A DNA stretch of 64,000 bases from Basidiobolus meristosporus CBS 931.73 (Eukaryota > Fungi > Basidiobolomycota). Positions 11,856-26,027 of the stretch are shown here, piece after piece. Every line of letters starts with the position of its first letter. Position 1 is the first letter of the stretch. The notes beneath the pieces are model-generated. The model did not search any database. It was given only the letters and a program-made list of their open reading frames with translations, and was not told where the DNA came from. The stretch covers positions 1-64,000 of the forward strand of contig MCFE01000297.1 of assembly GCA_002104905.1 (NCBI GenBank). The letters are read 5' to 3'. The translations under genes and the position numbers were made by a program.

Positions 11856-14800
11856 ATGAACTCCATGCCATTACCACTCTCACATAGAGCCCCACAGTTT
11901 GATGGAAAGAATGTGGAGAGCTTCATACCCAAATGGGAGAAGCTCTGCAAGATGTGCAGCCTATCTGAGCAAGAAATGGCTGGAGACTTCCCCTGCTACT
12001 GCACCAATGATATTACTACTAAGCTTCTCAGACAAGGAGACATTCTGACTGACTGGACCTTAATGAAGACCTACCTACAGACCAAGTATGGCAGACCCCA
12101 GATATACTATGGAATTGACAACCTCAGACACTTTGGAAGAGCTGGACTTTCCAAGCTACCACTTGAAGAGTTCATTCAACAATATGAAGATATGGCCAAG
12201 CCACTCCTAGAGTCCCAGGCAATAACTGAGTTTACCATGACACTTTACCTTGCACCAGGGCTTCTCCACGTATTGGCAAGGAAAGTTGACCTACATACAG
12301 CCAAGGATGACAAGTCTGGCATTCCTTGCTTTGCAGAGATGAAACGTGTACTCCTAGAGGCAAAGCAAATTTCTACCTCTATGAGACTGCTGACATCTAA
12401 TCTGCCAGACCAGCCAGCCAAGGAGCTAAAGAGTGCTTTTGTTGACAATCAGATCTACACTACCAACAGAATTGACCAACTTGCTGAACAGCTACAAAAG
12501 CTTGCCCTCAAGATTAACGGCTCAGCTGAGGTAGCTACTGAGGGCCAAAGAGCTTTGCCTAGACACTGCATTTGGTGTGACTCTACTCAGCATGCCAGAC
12601 AAGAATGCTCAGAGCTTAGCCAGCTACTTAGAGAAGGAACAGTACAGTTTGATGCTGATGGAATGCTTGCTGATAAGGAAGGAAAAAGGATTCCCACTAA
12701 TTTCCAAAGAGGTGGAATGAGAGCCCTTTTCCAGAAGTCTAACTCAGCAACTAGAAAGATTACTGTTGATGCCCCTATTGAGACTCATACAGTGAGTCCA
12801 AACGGCCCTGACAACAGAAAATACAAAGTAGACACCTTTGCTACTAAGAGACACCTTCCTGAAGAACCTGTCAAACCCATCCTTAGAAGGCCACAATTTG
12901 AAGAGCCTGCGGTTATTATTGACAAGAGGCCTGGAACACTGCCCACCCAAGACCCATTACCTCACTTTCAGATGACCTCAAAGATAGCAGGCTACTCAAG
13001 CCCCCAATTGATTACTGAGAAACTACTGAAGCAGAACCTCACTTTGTCAGTTGGAGAAATCATTAGTGTATCACTGTCTGTTAGGAAGACCTTTGATGAG
13101 CAGCTTAGAACAAGAAGACAAGCTGTTGAACATATGGACACCCATATAATCCAGACAAACCATGAAGACCACAAAGAGGATGACAATGCTACCAAATATA
13201 AGACCTTTTACTCAGTTGCAACTGCTGTGGTGAAAGGGTATATTTATGATGATCCTATTGACTGCCATATTGACAGTGGTTCAGAGATTTGTGTTATGCC
13301 GCTAGACTTCTGGAAGACACTTAGAAGCAAGGAGCTACTGCCTGTTGATAGATATATTGGATGGAACATGACTGATGCAAACTCAGGATCTAGCCCACTC
13401 TATGGTGTAGTGCACAAGTTCCCTATTAAGGTACAAGGAATCAAGGTCTGGCTTCCCCTCTTTATCTGCCAGAAGGCAAACTTTGACCTTCTGTTAGGCA
13501 GACCATGGGAGACCAGTACTAAGGCTACAACTACCAACTATTCTGATGGGTCAGTGTGGTACACTATACAAGGATCCAACCCAGGGCTACAGTCAACGTT
13601 CTGTGGCGTAACACCCAACAATAAGAGGACACATACCACTTGCCAGAAGACACATCTTGTTATAGAAGAAGATGAGGAGCCTGACAATATACACCCCAAC
13701 AGTTGGAGCTGCTCATTAGGTATACAGGAGCAGACAGCTATGGTTTGCACAAAATACAAGACAGTAGAACAGAAGATTAGACCATCACTTGCACCTTTAA
13801 CTGATGGATCTTGACCTGCTGATTACATCAGACCACCAGAAGGAACACCAGAAGATATACTACTTACACCTGAGAGACTTAAGCAACTTATCATTGGTGA
13901 TGGAAACCTAACACCAGAGGAGATCTTACTATTTGAAGAAACCCTGATAAGGCATGATAAGGTTTTCTCAAATAACAACAAGGAGATGGGACTCTTAAAG
14001 ACATTGATTGAAAAACCTATCAAGATTCATACAGTGCCTCACACACTCTGGTCATTTAAGCCTTACCCACTACCTAGAGGACTCCAAGCTGATTTGCATG
14101 ACTTACTTAAGAACAAGATTGAAGCTGGTATCCTAGAACCTTGCCATGGACCTTATGCTAACAGATGGTTTGTGACCAAAAAGAAGAATGGAAAGCTGTA
14201 ATTCATTCAAGACATGCAACCTGCAAATGCTGTCACCATCAGAGATGCTGCAATACCTCCATCTATTGATGACTTTGCAGAGAGCTTTAGTGGTCACTCC
14301 ATCTACTCAACATATGATCTCTATTCAGGATATGACCAGATCCCCCTAGATGAGACATCAAGAGATATGTTTGCACTCCAGACACCATTTGGACTGTTAA
14401 GAATGACAAGACTCAGCCAAGGGGCAACAAACTCTGTGGCTCAGTTCCAGAGATGCACGGTAAATGTGCTCTACCAGTTTATAACTGAGAAACTTGCTGG
14501 CTTTGTTGATGACATAGGCATCAAAGGACCAAAACTCCGGGACACAACTGAAGTTATGCCTGGAGTAAGAAAGTTTGTCTATGACCATATCTCAGACAAT
14601 GATGCCATATTAGGAGCCATTGAAGAAGCTGGACTCACCATCAGTGGTGAGAAAAGCAGCTTTGGTGTATCAGAGATATCCATTGTTGGACAAAAATGCA
14701 ACACCTTTGGTCGTTCACCTGGAGACTCCAAGACACAAAAAATATGCAACTGGCCTACCCCCACAAGTCTCACACAAGCTTGTGGGCTTTGTGGCTGCTT

Positions 14801-17446
14801 GTGGGTTCTTTAGGATCTGGATCCCAAGATTTTCTGAGATAGCAGAACCAATCTACCAACTACAGAGAAAGAATGCCCCATTCAACTGGGGAGAAGAGCA
14901 AGAAGAAGCCATGCAATTACTAAAAGATGCCTTAGTATCTCCACCAGCTCTGAGACCTCTGGACTATCAGAACACTGAATGCCCACCTATCTTGACAGTG
15001 GATGCAAGCCCTATAGGAGCTGGAGCACTACTTGGCCAAGATGATGAAGATGGCAACCGCTATGCCTGCAGATATGAGAGCTGCCTCTTCTCTCCTAGAG
15101 AACAAAGATACTCACAGATTAAGAGAGAGCTACTAGGAGTTGTGAAGATGCTGAGAAAGCTGAAGTCACAACTCTACATGACACATTTCATCCTGGAGAC
15201 AGATGCTAAGCCACTTATAGGAATGATCAACAGGCCTGATCTACCTGATGATGCCACAAATTGGTGGATGGCATGGCTGAAAATGTTTGACTTTGAGGTC
15301 AGACATATCCCTGGCAAGACAAATGTTGTGGCCAATGCACTCTCCAGGAAGGGACCACAGTTATCTGAAGATATGGACCCTGACTTTGATGACATAATGG
15401 ATGCAGAAATCCAACAACTACACGTGAAGAAGCCCAGCTACTCTACATTGAACACCATTCAAGACTATCTGAGAACCTTAGAGAAGCCACCAGGAATGAG
15501 CCCACATGATTTCAGAAAGCTCAGGAAGAAGGCCCATCATTTCTACATAAAAGATGGCCTCCTCTTCAAACAAGCAAAGCCTGGACAGACACCAAGGAGA
15601 GTTATAGTTGAGCCCCAGGAATAACAGACTATTATGTCAAGCCTTCATGAAGGAAGACCCAGTGATCATAGAGGCAGAGATGCCACTTACAATGTTGTTT
15701 CCAGTAGATACTACTGGGAGCATATGTATCATGATGTCCAACACTTTGTTGAATCTTGTGACATTTGCCAAAGAAGGTCAACCAAGAGATATGAGGAGCT
15801 GCTCCATCCAACCTACACACCTTGTCTATGGCAGAAGGTTGGCATTGACCTGGCCCACATGCCAACTGCTGGAACCAAGAAGTACCTTGTTGTTGCCAGA
15901 GATGATCTGAGTGGGTGGGTAGAAGCTTGAGCCCTATCCAATAACAAAAGCCACACCATATGGACATTTATTCTTGAAGATATAATATGCAGATTTGGCT
16001 GCATCAGCAAGTTTGTTGCCGACCAAGGAGAAATGATTTCAAATTTGATCCAGGAACTCTGCTCACAATACAAGATTGATATTGCTTTCACCACCGCTTA
16101 TCACCCACAGGCCAATGGAATGGTTGAAAGAGGCCATGGCCCGTTGGTTAATTCCCTAGTCAAGAGCTGCAACAACATGACACTACAGTGGCCTACACAA
16201 CTTCATCTAGCACTCTGGGTGGATAGAATAGACTTGTTCCGTTGGATAGTGCCACATTGAGCCATGAGTGCCAAATGATGCCATAGTGTGCCAGAGAGAT
16301 CAAGTGAGCCTATACTTGGCCACAGAGTGTTAAACATAGCTCCGCATCTTCATGCAAAGCAGCCCCTGTGTTTCACCCATTGCGCAGAAGAAAATCCATT
16401 TTTTGACCTTTTTTTGTGGATCAATGTAGCTCAGGATGTGTAAGAGCACAGGAGAACTGAAGATATGCATCTGGTACTCAATACCCATGGCACTCTGAAT
16501 CTAGCTCCTGTAGCTTGTATCATGTCACAAAAATGAATGGCACTATCTTAGTCCACTGGTACTATCTGGCACTATATTTAAATATTAGCCCTAAAGTAAG
16601 ATCTATAAAAGCACTTATAGTGCCAGATAGTACCAGTGGACCAAGATAGTGCCATTCATTTTTGCAACATGATACAAGCCACAGGAGCTAGATTCAGAGT
16701 GCCATGGGTATTGAGTACCAGATGCATATCTTCAATCTGCTTGTGCTTTAACACATCCTGCGCAACATTGATCCAAAAAAAAAGGTCAAAAAATGGATTT
16801 TCTCCAACACAATGGGTGAAACACAGGGGCTGCTTTGCATGAAGATGCGGAGCTATGTTTGACACTCTGTGGCCAGGTAGAGGCTCATTTGGCCCCTCTG
16901 GCACACTATGGCATCATTTGGCACTCATGGCTCAATGTGGCACTATCCAATGGAACAAGTCTAATCACTACAAAACGCAGCACAGGTCTATCTCCATTCA
17001 AATTGCTTTATGGACATGATTGCGTTCTTCCCATAGAGCTTGAATCAACATCCTGGAACATGCTAGAGTGGAGAACTACAATGACTACAGAAGAACTACT
17101 GACTACACGCATCAAACAGCTTGATCACCATGAGCTTGATATTACCCAAGCAGCTGCTAAACTCAAAGAGACAAGACTTCAGAACAAGGAACCATTTGAC
17201 AAGTCACATAGCCTTAGACCAAAACCATTACTGCAAGGAGATCCAGTACTGCTCTATGATTCAACTTTAGACAAGCAGTGGAGTTGCAAATTTGACAATA
17301 AATGGTCTGGCCCATTTATTATCTCTAAGGTGATTGGAAATGGAAGCTACTACTTGTCTGAACTTGATGAAACACCACTAAGAACACCTGTGGCAGGAAA
17401 CAGACTTAAGCTATTCAAGCACCAGAATTTTGCACATCACATTTAG
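11856..17446 (+). pseudogene. Gypsy A gag-pol polyprotein (gag with CX2CX4HX4C, protease DSGSE, RT FVDD, RNase H, integrase HHCC/DDE), disrupted
   Basis: 652-aa open gag-PR, then stops at 13812, 14199, 15622 and 15928, one frameshift near 14790, and a hairpin insertion at 16230-16962 whose removal restores WVDRITTKRSTG in frame. Confidence 0.95.
16230..16962. mobile_element. Hairpin/foldback MITE copy 1 (733 bp), TSD AAT
   Basis: Ends AGACTTGTTCC...GGAACAAGTCT; ~345-bp inverted arms; loop about 16577-16615; AAT at 16227-16229 and 16963-16965. Confidence 0.95.
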
Positions 17447-17471
17447 TTTGCTTTGACCTGAGTTCAAAGCT

Positions 17472-17485
17472 GAGAGGGGGGTGGA
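17472..17485 (+). promoter_or_regulatory. Polypurine tract of Gypsy A
   Basis: GAGAGGGGGGTGGA directly before the TG start of the 3' LTR. Confidence 0.85.
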
Positions 17486-18565
17486 TGTAGTGGGGTCACA
17501 GTGACACCCACAGGCAGATGTGCTCATTCTCATACGTTCACTTCCCTAAAAAAGGATTACCTCCCCCTATATTAGTATCATCCCAAATTGCAATATTTTC
17601 TATTCTGTCTATGTGATTATTACTATGCAACCTGACAAACTATGTGTCACTATTAACCCATTGCACAAGCTATTCCTATTCCTTGCCAAGATGCCAAGAT
17701 AACATAGTTACCATATAAGGCAAGTACCCCCAACAGAACCCATGTCATGTGACCATCTTGGTTTCATAACCCTCCTATCCTACTACCATAAGAGGCAACC
17801 ACATGACACAGGGGTTTCATATTACCACTACCTGATTGGCTATGTGCTACTATGTCTCATGGAACAATCTGCCAAGAATTTGCGCTATTTTTAGTACACA
17901 ATGACATGATTGGCTGTCTACTACCTTCTGGAAACTTCCAGAAAGTATTTTATAGCAAGAAATTGAGCAGCAATAAAGTATATAAGGGAGGCTATCCCTT
18001 AAAATAAATCATCCCTCTTCCAATATTCCGGCTTATTGATTAGTAAGATCACCACTACCTATTACCACTATTTTCTGACTCAGACCTGACGACACTCCCA
18101 GGAAACCGCATTGTCAGCCAACTGACCTTGGAGGCACTACTTGTGAGGAATACTCAGAGTAGGTATATTTTATTATATTTGTTTGTTTTCCCAAGATTGT
18201 TCTTGTACAGGCAAAGATACTTTTCAGTCTTTGTAACTATTGGTCAAAGCTGCATTCTTATCAAGTCCCTGTTGGTGGAGTTTACAGTTGTTTTGACTTT
18301 GGAAGCAATAGAACATTGTCATCTCAAAGGATGTCAAAGCCATTATACACTTTTGTAAGACGCCAACTTAGTTGGGGATTGTAGTTCAATAGTTTTCCCT
18401 TGACAAGCTTGAGGCTTTATCCCCCATCACATTAGATTAGACAAAAGATCCAGTATTCCTAGCAAGCTTTTGCCAGAGGTTATTGCACCCAGTGAACACC
18501 CCACACACATTCACACTTGAGAAGTGTTGGCCATATTTTGCCCTTTGGACTTATACACCACCACA
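17486..18565 (+). repeat. 3' LTR of Gypsy A (1080 bp)
   Basis: TGTAGTGGGG...CACCACCACA; contains TATATAAG and AATAAA; flanked on the right by CCGT. Confidence 0.95.
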
Positions 18566-21481
18566 CCGTGAACATGGTCAATTGCATCCTGGGATGATTT
18601 TGACACAAACTCACCTGATGCAGTTTGCACAAGGTTACAAAGACAGCCAGGTGCCAATATAGAAGTATTAAGTGGCTAGCAAGATATTGTTGGTACAATA
18701 GTGACTGCGGAATGGTCAAATATGAATTGTGCTGCAAAACACTGGCCATAATCCTTGTAATACTTCCTATGCTGTCTGCAGGCTCTATGGCTGAAAGGCT
18801 TGCTACAATAGCTACATGGTCATTTTTCTCTTCTCTTACAGCATTGAATCAGAGTAGTCTTGTCCATTGGGCAAACAGTTAGCCAGTCTACAATGTAACA
18901 CTATTATATCACTTTTGGGCTATACACATGTGATTTTAGGACAGACTTGTATTTGAGACATTGCACCTATATGATTGTAAGATTCAGTGATGACCTGCCA
19001 TAGTACACATTATAAGTAGAGTTGTAGCACTGCATACAAATGTATTTAATACCATTTCCCCTTTGGTTTGACTCACTTCCATATATATGCTGCTAAAAGA
19101 TAAAGCAAAGTTTCCTGCTTCCCAACCAGGCCCCACTTCTGATGGCAACAGAAGAATAGCTGGACAACAGCTTGCCTTGACACTCAGTGCAACAAGTGGA
19201 GCTACAACCAAAAAAAACCCTGTGGACAGTGTGCCCACTGAAGGGAATACTGTGGACTCCTCAGGCTCTCAGTCAAGTAGGCAATTGAGAATCTCTGCAG
19301 AGCCATAAGCTGATAATATTGAAGAGGCAGATAAGAATATAGCAAAAGTAGTACCTTTTGTTGGAGACCAGCAAGTGGCTGTCATAACATCACCACCACC
19401 TGTATTAGCAAGGATGTTGTCAGCTCATACCAAAACATTAATGAGGCAATTAGGTGCAGTGACTGATAGGATAGATGCAATGGCTCAGAGAAATCAGGAA
19501 ATACTCCAGAAACAGGATGAGCAGATAAAGGCTGCAGAGCTATCTATATCCCAGGTAGAGAATACAGTATCCTTGCTGCAAAGAAGGATCTCAAGTAGCT
19601 CAATGTCACTGCAAAGAACCAAGCCATTTGCTGATGTAACAACAGAGGAACACCATGCAGTTTTGAAGCACAATAGCAATACCCAATGATACTGCACACA
19701 GCAAAACCTATTGCAGCATGGAAGGGAGAAAATGCAGTCTTCATGCCAAAGCCTACAAATGAAAAGACATTGAAAATCTGTGAAGCCATTGAGTGCAGCA
19801 ATGAAGAGTGGGCTAATATTCAAGAAGCCATTATTAGCCTAGCATGCCAGCACCTTAAGGCCTGCATACCATGGGACCTTCAGGAACTAAAGACCTAGCA
19901 GAATGCACTTGACTTGCTCCATGAGCATTATCCTGGATTCAACCAAAAAAACAGTTTTGGGCCAGCATTGGTATGCTAATAGAGTATTGCAAGAATGTCA
20001 GAAACTATTAAAGGCACAAGAACAAGGGTGCAATAGCTAAGAACCAGTAGCTTCCTCAAGTAACTGTTTGAAGCAGGGCCAAAAGCTCCATACAAGCGTC
20101 AAAAAGGCTTCAGCTAGCAGGAACAGTGCTCATATGGGAAAAGCAGACAGACACAGATGTATCAGCATAACCTTTACCAAGGAAGGCGTAGTTCTACTAA
20201 AGAAGCACTCAGTCAATGTAGAAGTGAAGGATCTGGCAATGATCAAAACATGGGGCTACCTCAGGAGCCCTTCACAGCATGGGCTGAGAGCCCAAATCAA
20301 GCAGAAATAAAGCATCAGGTTGCCTGCAGAGTGCCAGCAAGGGACAAGCAGGCCAAAGCAGATGCATCAGAGCAGCATTTAGCAAGGAGGAAACATAGTT
20401 GAATACAGGAAGCACTCAGACAAAGTAGCAGTGAAAGACCTGGCAGTTTTGAAGTAAAAAGTAAAGGGGAGAAAGTCTGCTCAAGCCAGATACAGGGAAG
20501 CGTGAGAAAGAAGCTGTAGTTGTTGCCAATTAATGCTGCAAGCCTGGAACAGACTGAATCACATCATAGCCAAGAAGAACTACCAATAAGAGAGCAGCTG
20601 TTTTCACAAGAGTTTGAAGCACAGCCAGTTGCACTACACTCCAAAGAGGTAGATGAGTTTGCAGAGAAAGGCAATCTGTCTACCACAGCCTGTACATCCT
20701 CTTTTGTAGCCAGAGTGGAGATCCCATTGAGAGACAAAGTAGCAGTCAAGAACTCAAGAGGCTATCACAATGCTGCTTGTGGAATTTTGGAACCTTAATA
20801 GGCACACCAAGAAGTTGCAGCACTTTTTCAAGAGCAGAGCCCAAGAAAACATACCTAAATATTGCAACCACTTATTGCAAAGACTGGCAGATGAGGAGCT
20901 AGACCTTGCAGTGCTGGCTGAAGACCAGGGTGTATGGGAAACAGTGAATGAACAATGAAATAAAGCCATAGGACTCCCCCCAAAGTTGCGGAAACAGAAT
21001 GTTACAGCAGAAATACTTATTGAGTGGTGGATTATAATGGAGTTACTTGCCAAGTGTGGGGTTGGGCTTAATGTTAGTGTTATGTATAGGGACTTGTATA
21101 GGTCAAGGCAACAGGCAATTGAGGTACAACTGAACTTTTAACGGAAATAAATAAACTTGTATGCATAAAAAGTAAGAGAAATGGCCAAGTCAGGTAATAA
21201 TCAGAGTGAAAAAGAGGTAATAGCCAATCCATGCACACAAATTTAAAAGGTGATAGATTGTCCAGGATCAGGAAGTTGGAAAATTGGCAGAGAATCAATT
21301 AAGAGCCACTTTTGTATTATTGTGATGAAAAATATTGACCAAGTTTTTGATGATATATGGGGTGCATTTATCTTTTGACAGTCTTTGCATAGTGTCCTCA
21401 TGAAATTAATACCTCTTAGTCACAGGACTTAGAGTCTGTGACAGCCTTTTGATGTGATCAACACAATAATTTTTCATACAG
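18566..21481 (+). mobile_element. CMC transposon copy B: second ORF (uncharacterised, decayed) and ORF2-side end
   Basis: ORF fragments 19375-19689 (coiled-coil-like) and 19686-19898 (PKPTNEKTLKICEAIEC..EWANIQEA); ends CACAATAATTTTTCATACAG, a decayed reverse complement of the TIR; inverted homolog at 21639-24640. Confidence 0.75.
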
Positions 21482-24400
21482 TCTCTTTAGCTATCCAAAT
21501 GTATGCTCTACTCTCACTCTGAAATGATTGAATGTCTCATTGTAGAGCTTCTACTTCCTGCTGAGCACACCATTTCTTGGCTTACTTTAAGTTGTAATAC
21601 ATCTAAATCTCTGACAATTCTCTCCAATATAAGCTAAGCCCTATGAGAAATAATTGTGATTATCCCATCAAATGGCTATCACAAAATTAAAGTCCCATGA
21701 CTAAGTAGCATTGATCCTGTCTGGACACCATGTAAAGACCATTGAAAAGTAATTGCACCCCAAATTTTGCTAAAAACCTAGTCAACATTTCTCATCGTAA
21801 CAACACATAGGTGGCTTTTGACTGGTCTTCAGCCAATTCTCTCACATTTTGATCCTAGACACACAATCACTGCCTATGTTTGCGTACATTGAGTGGCTAT
21901 TGTCTCTTTTTAACACTTCTTACTTCCTGACTAAACTGATTCTCTTACTTTTCATCCATACAGATTGTTTTATTTCTGTTGAAGCTTAGGTGTGCCTCAT
22001 TTGCCAACTGTATTGATCTATGCAAGTTGCTATATCCAACACTAACATGGTGCCCAACCCTACACTCAACAAGTAGCTCATTAAAATCCACCACTTAATA
22101 AGTATTTCTGCTGTAACACCCTTTTTGCATGACTTTAGCAGGAACCCTGCAGCTTTATGTCACTGATCATTCACTGGTTCCCATATGTCCTGGTCTTCAG
22201 CTGGCACTGCAAGGTCTAGCACCTCATCTGCTAGTCTTTACAATAAATCCTTGCAATACTCAAGTGCATGCTCATAACAACTGCTTCTAACAAAGTGCTG
22301 CAACCTCCTGGCGTGCCTATTAATGTTTCAAAACTCCACTGTAGGCATTGAGATAGTCTTTTGAGCTCTTGACATTGTTGCTTTTTCTGTCAGTGAGATC
22401 TATACTTTGTTTACATTGGAGGACCCAGAGGTATTGGCAGACAAATTGCTTTTCTCAGTATGCTCATCTACCTCACTGCAGTGTAGCTCAACTGGCTGCA
22501 CTTCCAATGCTTAAGATAACAACTGTTTTCTAGTTGGTATTTCTCCTGGGCTATGATGGGACTGAGTCTGTTCTGGGCTGACAGCATTGGTTGGGGAGAA
22601 CTGCATCTTTTTTGGATGCTTCTCTGTCACTGGAATAGGTAGATCCTTTTCTCTTCACCTTTTCCCTTATCACTGCCAAATCCTTCAATGCCACCATGAC
22701 TGAGTGCTTCTTATATGGAGTTTCATTTTCTCCTTGATAAATGTGGCACAGATAGTTTATGCTGCTCTTGAGATTCTTTCTTGGCATTTCATTGCTGGCC
22801 CATAATCTGCTTGGTTGCTTGTATCCAGCATGATGATTACAGAGCAGGCCAAGCACATTCTGCTTGCCCATGCATTCCAGATAGTCCAATGGTGTGCTGG
22901 CCTTGAGTTGATGCCATGCAAGACTTCTAACAGCCTCTTGAATACTAGCCCACTCACTGTCATTGCACTCAATGGCTTCACGGATCTTTAAGATGGTCTG
23001 ATTTTTAGGCTTGGGTATAAGCACCACAGTCTCTACTGCCCATGCTGTGATAGAATTTTCAGTGGGCTTTATTGTTGGGCAATGTTGTTGTGCTCTAAAG
23101 ACTGTACAGTGTTCCTCTACTGTTACATTGGGAAGTGGCACAATACATGGCTTGAACATTAAGCTACTTGAGTTTCTTCTTTGCAGCAAAGATACTGTAT
23201 TTCTTTCCTGGGATATTGATTGCTCTGCACATGTTATCTGCTCATCCTGTTTCTGGATTTTTTCCTAATTTCTCTGGGCCATTGCATCTATCCTATCAGT
23301 CACTGCACCCAATTGTCTCATTAATGCTTTGGTAAGTGCTGACAACATCCTTGCTAATACAGGTGGTGGTGATGTTATGACAGCCACTTGCTGGTCTCCA
23401 ACAAAAGGTACTACTTTTGCTATATTCTCATCTGCCTCTTCAATATTATCAGCTTATGGCTCTGCAGAGATTCTCAATTGCCTACTTGACTGAGAGCCTG
23501 AGGAGTCCACAGTATTCCCTTCAGTGGGAACACTGTCCACAGGGTTTTTTTTGGTTGTAGCTCCACTTGTTGCACTGAGTTTCATGGCAAGCTGTTGTAT
23601 ATATACAACATACTTGCTAATACAGGTGGTGATGATGTTATAATGGTCCCTTGCTGGTCTTCAACTAAAGGTATTGTGTTTGCTACATTCTCATCCATCT
23701 GAGCATTATAGTCAGCTTGCACCTACACAGATATTGTCACTTGCCTACTTGACTGAGAGCCTGAGGAGACCAGAAAACTTTACTTTATTATTTTGCAGCA
23801 TATATATGGAAGTGGGTTAAACAAATGGGGAAATAGTGTTACATATATGTGTGTATATGGTGCCACAGCTTTGTCTAAAATTCTTACTCTGGCAGGTTAT
23901 CATTGAATCTTACATTCATGTAGGTGCAATGTTGCTAACACAAGACTGTCATAAATTCACAGGAGTATTAACAAAGTAGCAATATAATAGCATTACATTG
24001 TTGAGTGTCAAACCATTTGCCCCATGAAGATGACCACTTTGATCCAATACCGTAAGAAATGAGAAAAAAGACCTTGTGGCTATTGTAACAAGCCTCTCAG
24101 CCACAAAGCCACAGACAGCATAGGAAGTATTACAAGGTTCACTGACAGTGTTTTGCCACAAAAGCCATATTTGACCATTAGTCAGTGACTACTGTACCAA
24201 TAATATCTTGCTGTCTACTTGATATCTCTAAAACAGTACATAGCTATACTTGTCACCTTGCACAAAATGAGTCAGGTGAGTTTGTGGCACCTTTAGTCTA
24301 ACCTCAGCCTTCTGAATATGGCATGCTGAGTGATTGCACTTAAGAAGAAGGTTCACTAGTGGATTGTGAGCCTATCTCCCCTAACAACAGTACCCTGTAT

Positions 24401-24675
24401 TAGTCTGACAAAGCCCCAATATGCAATAAAACAACACCCATAGAAAAAAATGGCAACAATACATTGTGGAGCCAAGTGAGGCCAGTAATCTCTCTACTGG
24501 TGAATAATGCAATGTAATGGCTAGAAAAATGTCATGTTTCTGCAAACAACGGTTATTGGGGCTTTGAAGATTTACCACTACTTTTTGCCAAAACCATTCC
24601 AGAATGCAACCTACTATTCACATGGTACAAATGGATCACCATCATGTGGCTGGCAACATATGACCCAGAGATCAT

Positions 24676-25738
24676 TGTAGTGGTGTCACAGTAGCACCCA
24701 CAGACAGATGTGCCCATTTCCATAATTTCTTCTTCCCTATTTACTTACTACCCTTATTTTAGTTAATCCTATTTGTCTTATCTGAACAGTACTATCCCCT
24801 AAGCCAGCTAATACAACACCTGCTTGTTTATTGCATACATTTTGCTTCACTTTATGTAGGATTACTAGATAAGTGCTACTATCTCAGGTAAGTACCCATG
24901 CCATGACCTATGACACCTGATCAAACCATTCCACCATTCCTGCAATTTTCATTCAATATAGAGCTTCCCTATGTTACAAATGCCTTCAAATACTAATCCT
25001 CATTGGTTGGATGTGCGGTGCCACTTGGAACCTTCTGGCATCTACTTAAAACGTTCTTAGCTCACTCTGATGTCATTTAGATCTCTATTGACTTCCAGAA
25101 CCTTCTGGAACACTGTGATTATTAAACACTTAGCCAGTAAGAAAAGTATATATGGGGGACAATCCCTCAACAATAAAGCATCATTCCTTTTATCAATATA
25201 CCCACTTGTTGATTAGTGTGAGTACTGCTGCCTACTACTACCTGTACTTTCAATCTCATACCACCAGACTCTCCCAGGAAACCACACTGACAGCCAACTG
25301 ACCTTGGAGGTACCATTTGTGTGGAATACTCAGAGTTGGTATCTTTTACTAAATTTTATTCTTTCCCAAGTTTGTTGTTGTACAAGAAATGATACTTTTC
25401 TGTCTTTGTCACTATTGACTGCAGCTTTGTTCTTATCAAGTCCCTGCAGGTGGAGTGTACAGTTGGTTTGACTTTGGAATCTTTAGTGCATTGTAATCTC
25501 AAAGGATGCTGAATCCAGTACATATTTTTGTTAAAACACCAACTAAGTTGGGATTGTAGCTCAATAGTTCTCCCTTGAAAAGCTGCAGCTTTATTCCCCA
25601 TCACATTAGATTAGAGACAGAACCCAAGTACCCCTAGCAAGCTTTTGCCAGAAGTTATTGCACCCTGTGAACATCCCACACACAAAGCACTTAAGAAGTG
25701 TTGTATATATCCCTCCCTTGGACTTATATGACACCACA
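24676..25738 (+). repeat. Solo LTR, family A; 4-bp TSD TCAT/CTGT (ancestral CCGT)
   Basis: TGTAGTGGTG...CACCACA; empty site visible in copy A (cagagactgttctga on the minus strand). Confidence 0.9.
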
Positions 25739-26027
25739 CTGTCCTGATACTGGCTTGTGGTAACAGTTGTGTGGCATTAACATCAGAGAATGCCACCATA
25801 GCAAGGTGCCCAGCTTGTCAGGAATCCACCACCCTAGGAGGAAAGCAGTGTTCACATGCCAGATAGATTCTAGTAATACCCCATTTGAAGAAGGTCATAC
25901 AGTCTAACAGATATTGTGAAGCTATAAGGCACCACACTCAGTATCAATCAAGTGCAAATATTTCTGATATATTTGATGCCAAATATTATAAACAGCCAAG
26001 AAGTAAGGCAACTTTGAAGGTATGTAT

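Larger units (their letters stand above)
10899..18565 (+). mobile_element. Ty3/Gypsy LTR retrotransposon, family A (near complete; first ~260 bp of 5' LTR missing)
   Basis: LTR pair, PBS, gag-PR-RT-RH-IN order, PPT. Confidence 0.97.

Noticed and set aside
16586-16600. CCCTAAA/TTTAGGG in the hairpin loop as telomeric repeat
   Set aside because: Single unit only, no tandem array; kept only as a shared motif.
16230-16962. Reading the hairpin as a Tc1/mariner MITE with a TA TSD (TA appears on both sides of GAC...GTC)
   Set aside because: Empty paralogous sites (about 41988, about 19975, and LTR gggtgc-aat-aacc) match only a 3-bp AWT duplication with AG...CT ends.
17300-17446. Chromodomain at the Gypsy A integrase C-terminus
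   Set aside because: The ORF ends shortly after the GPF/Y-type region (..GNRLKLFKHQNFAHHI*), leaving no room for one; B1 likewise shows none.
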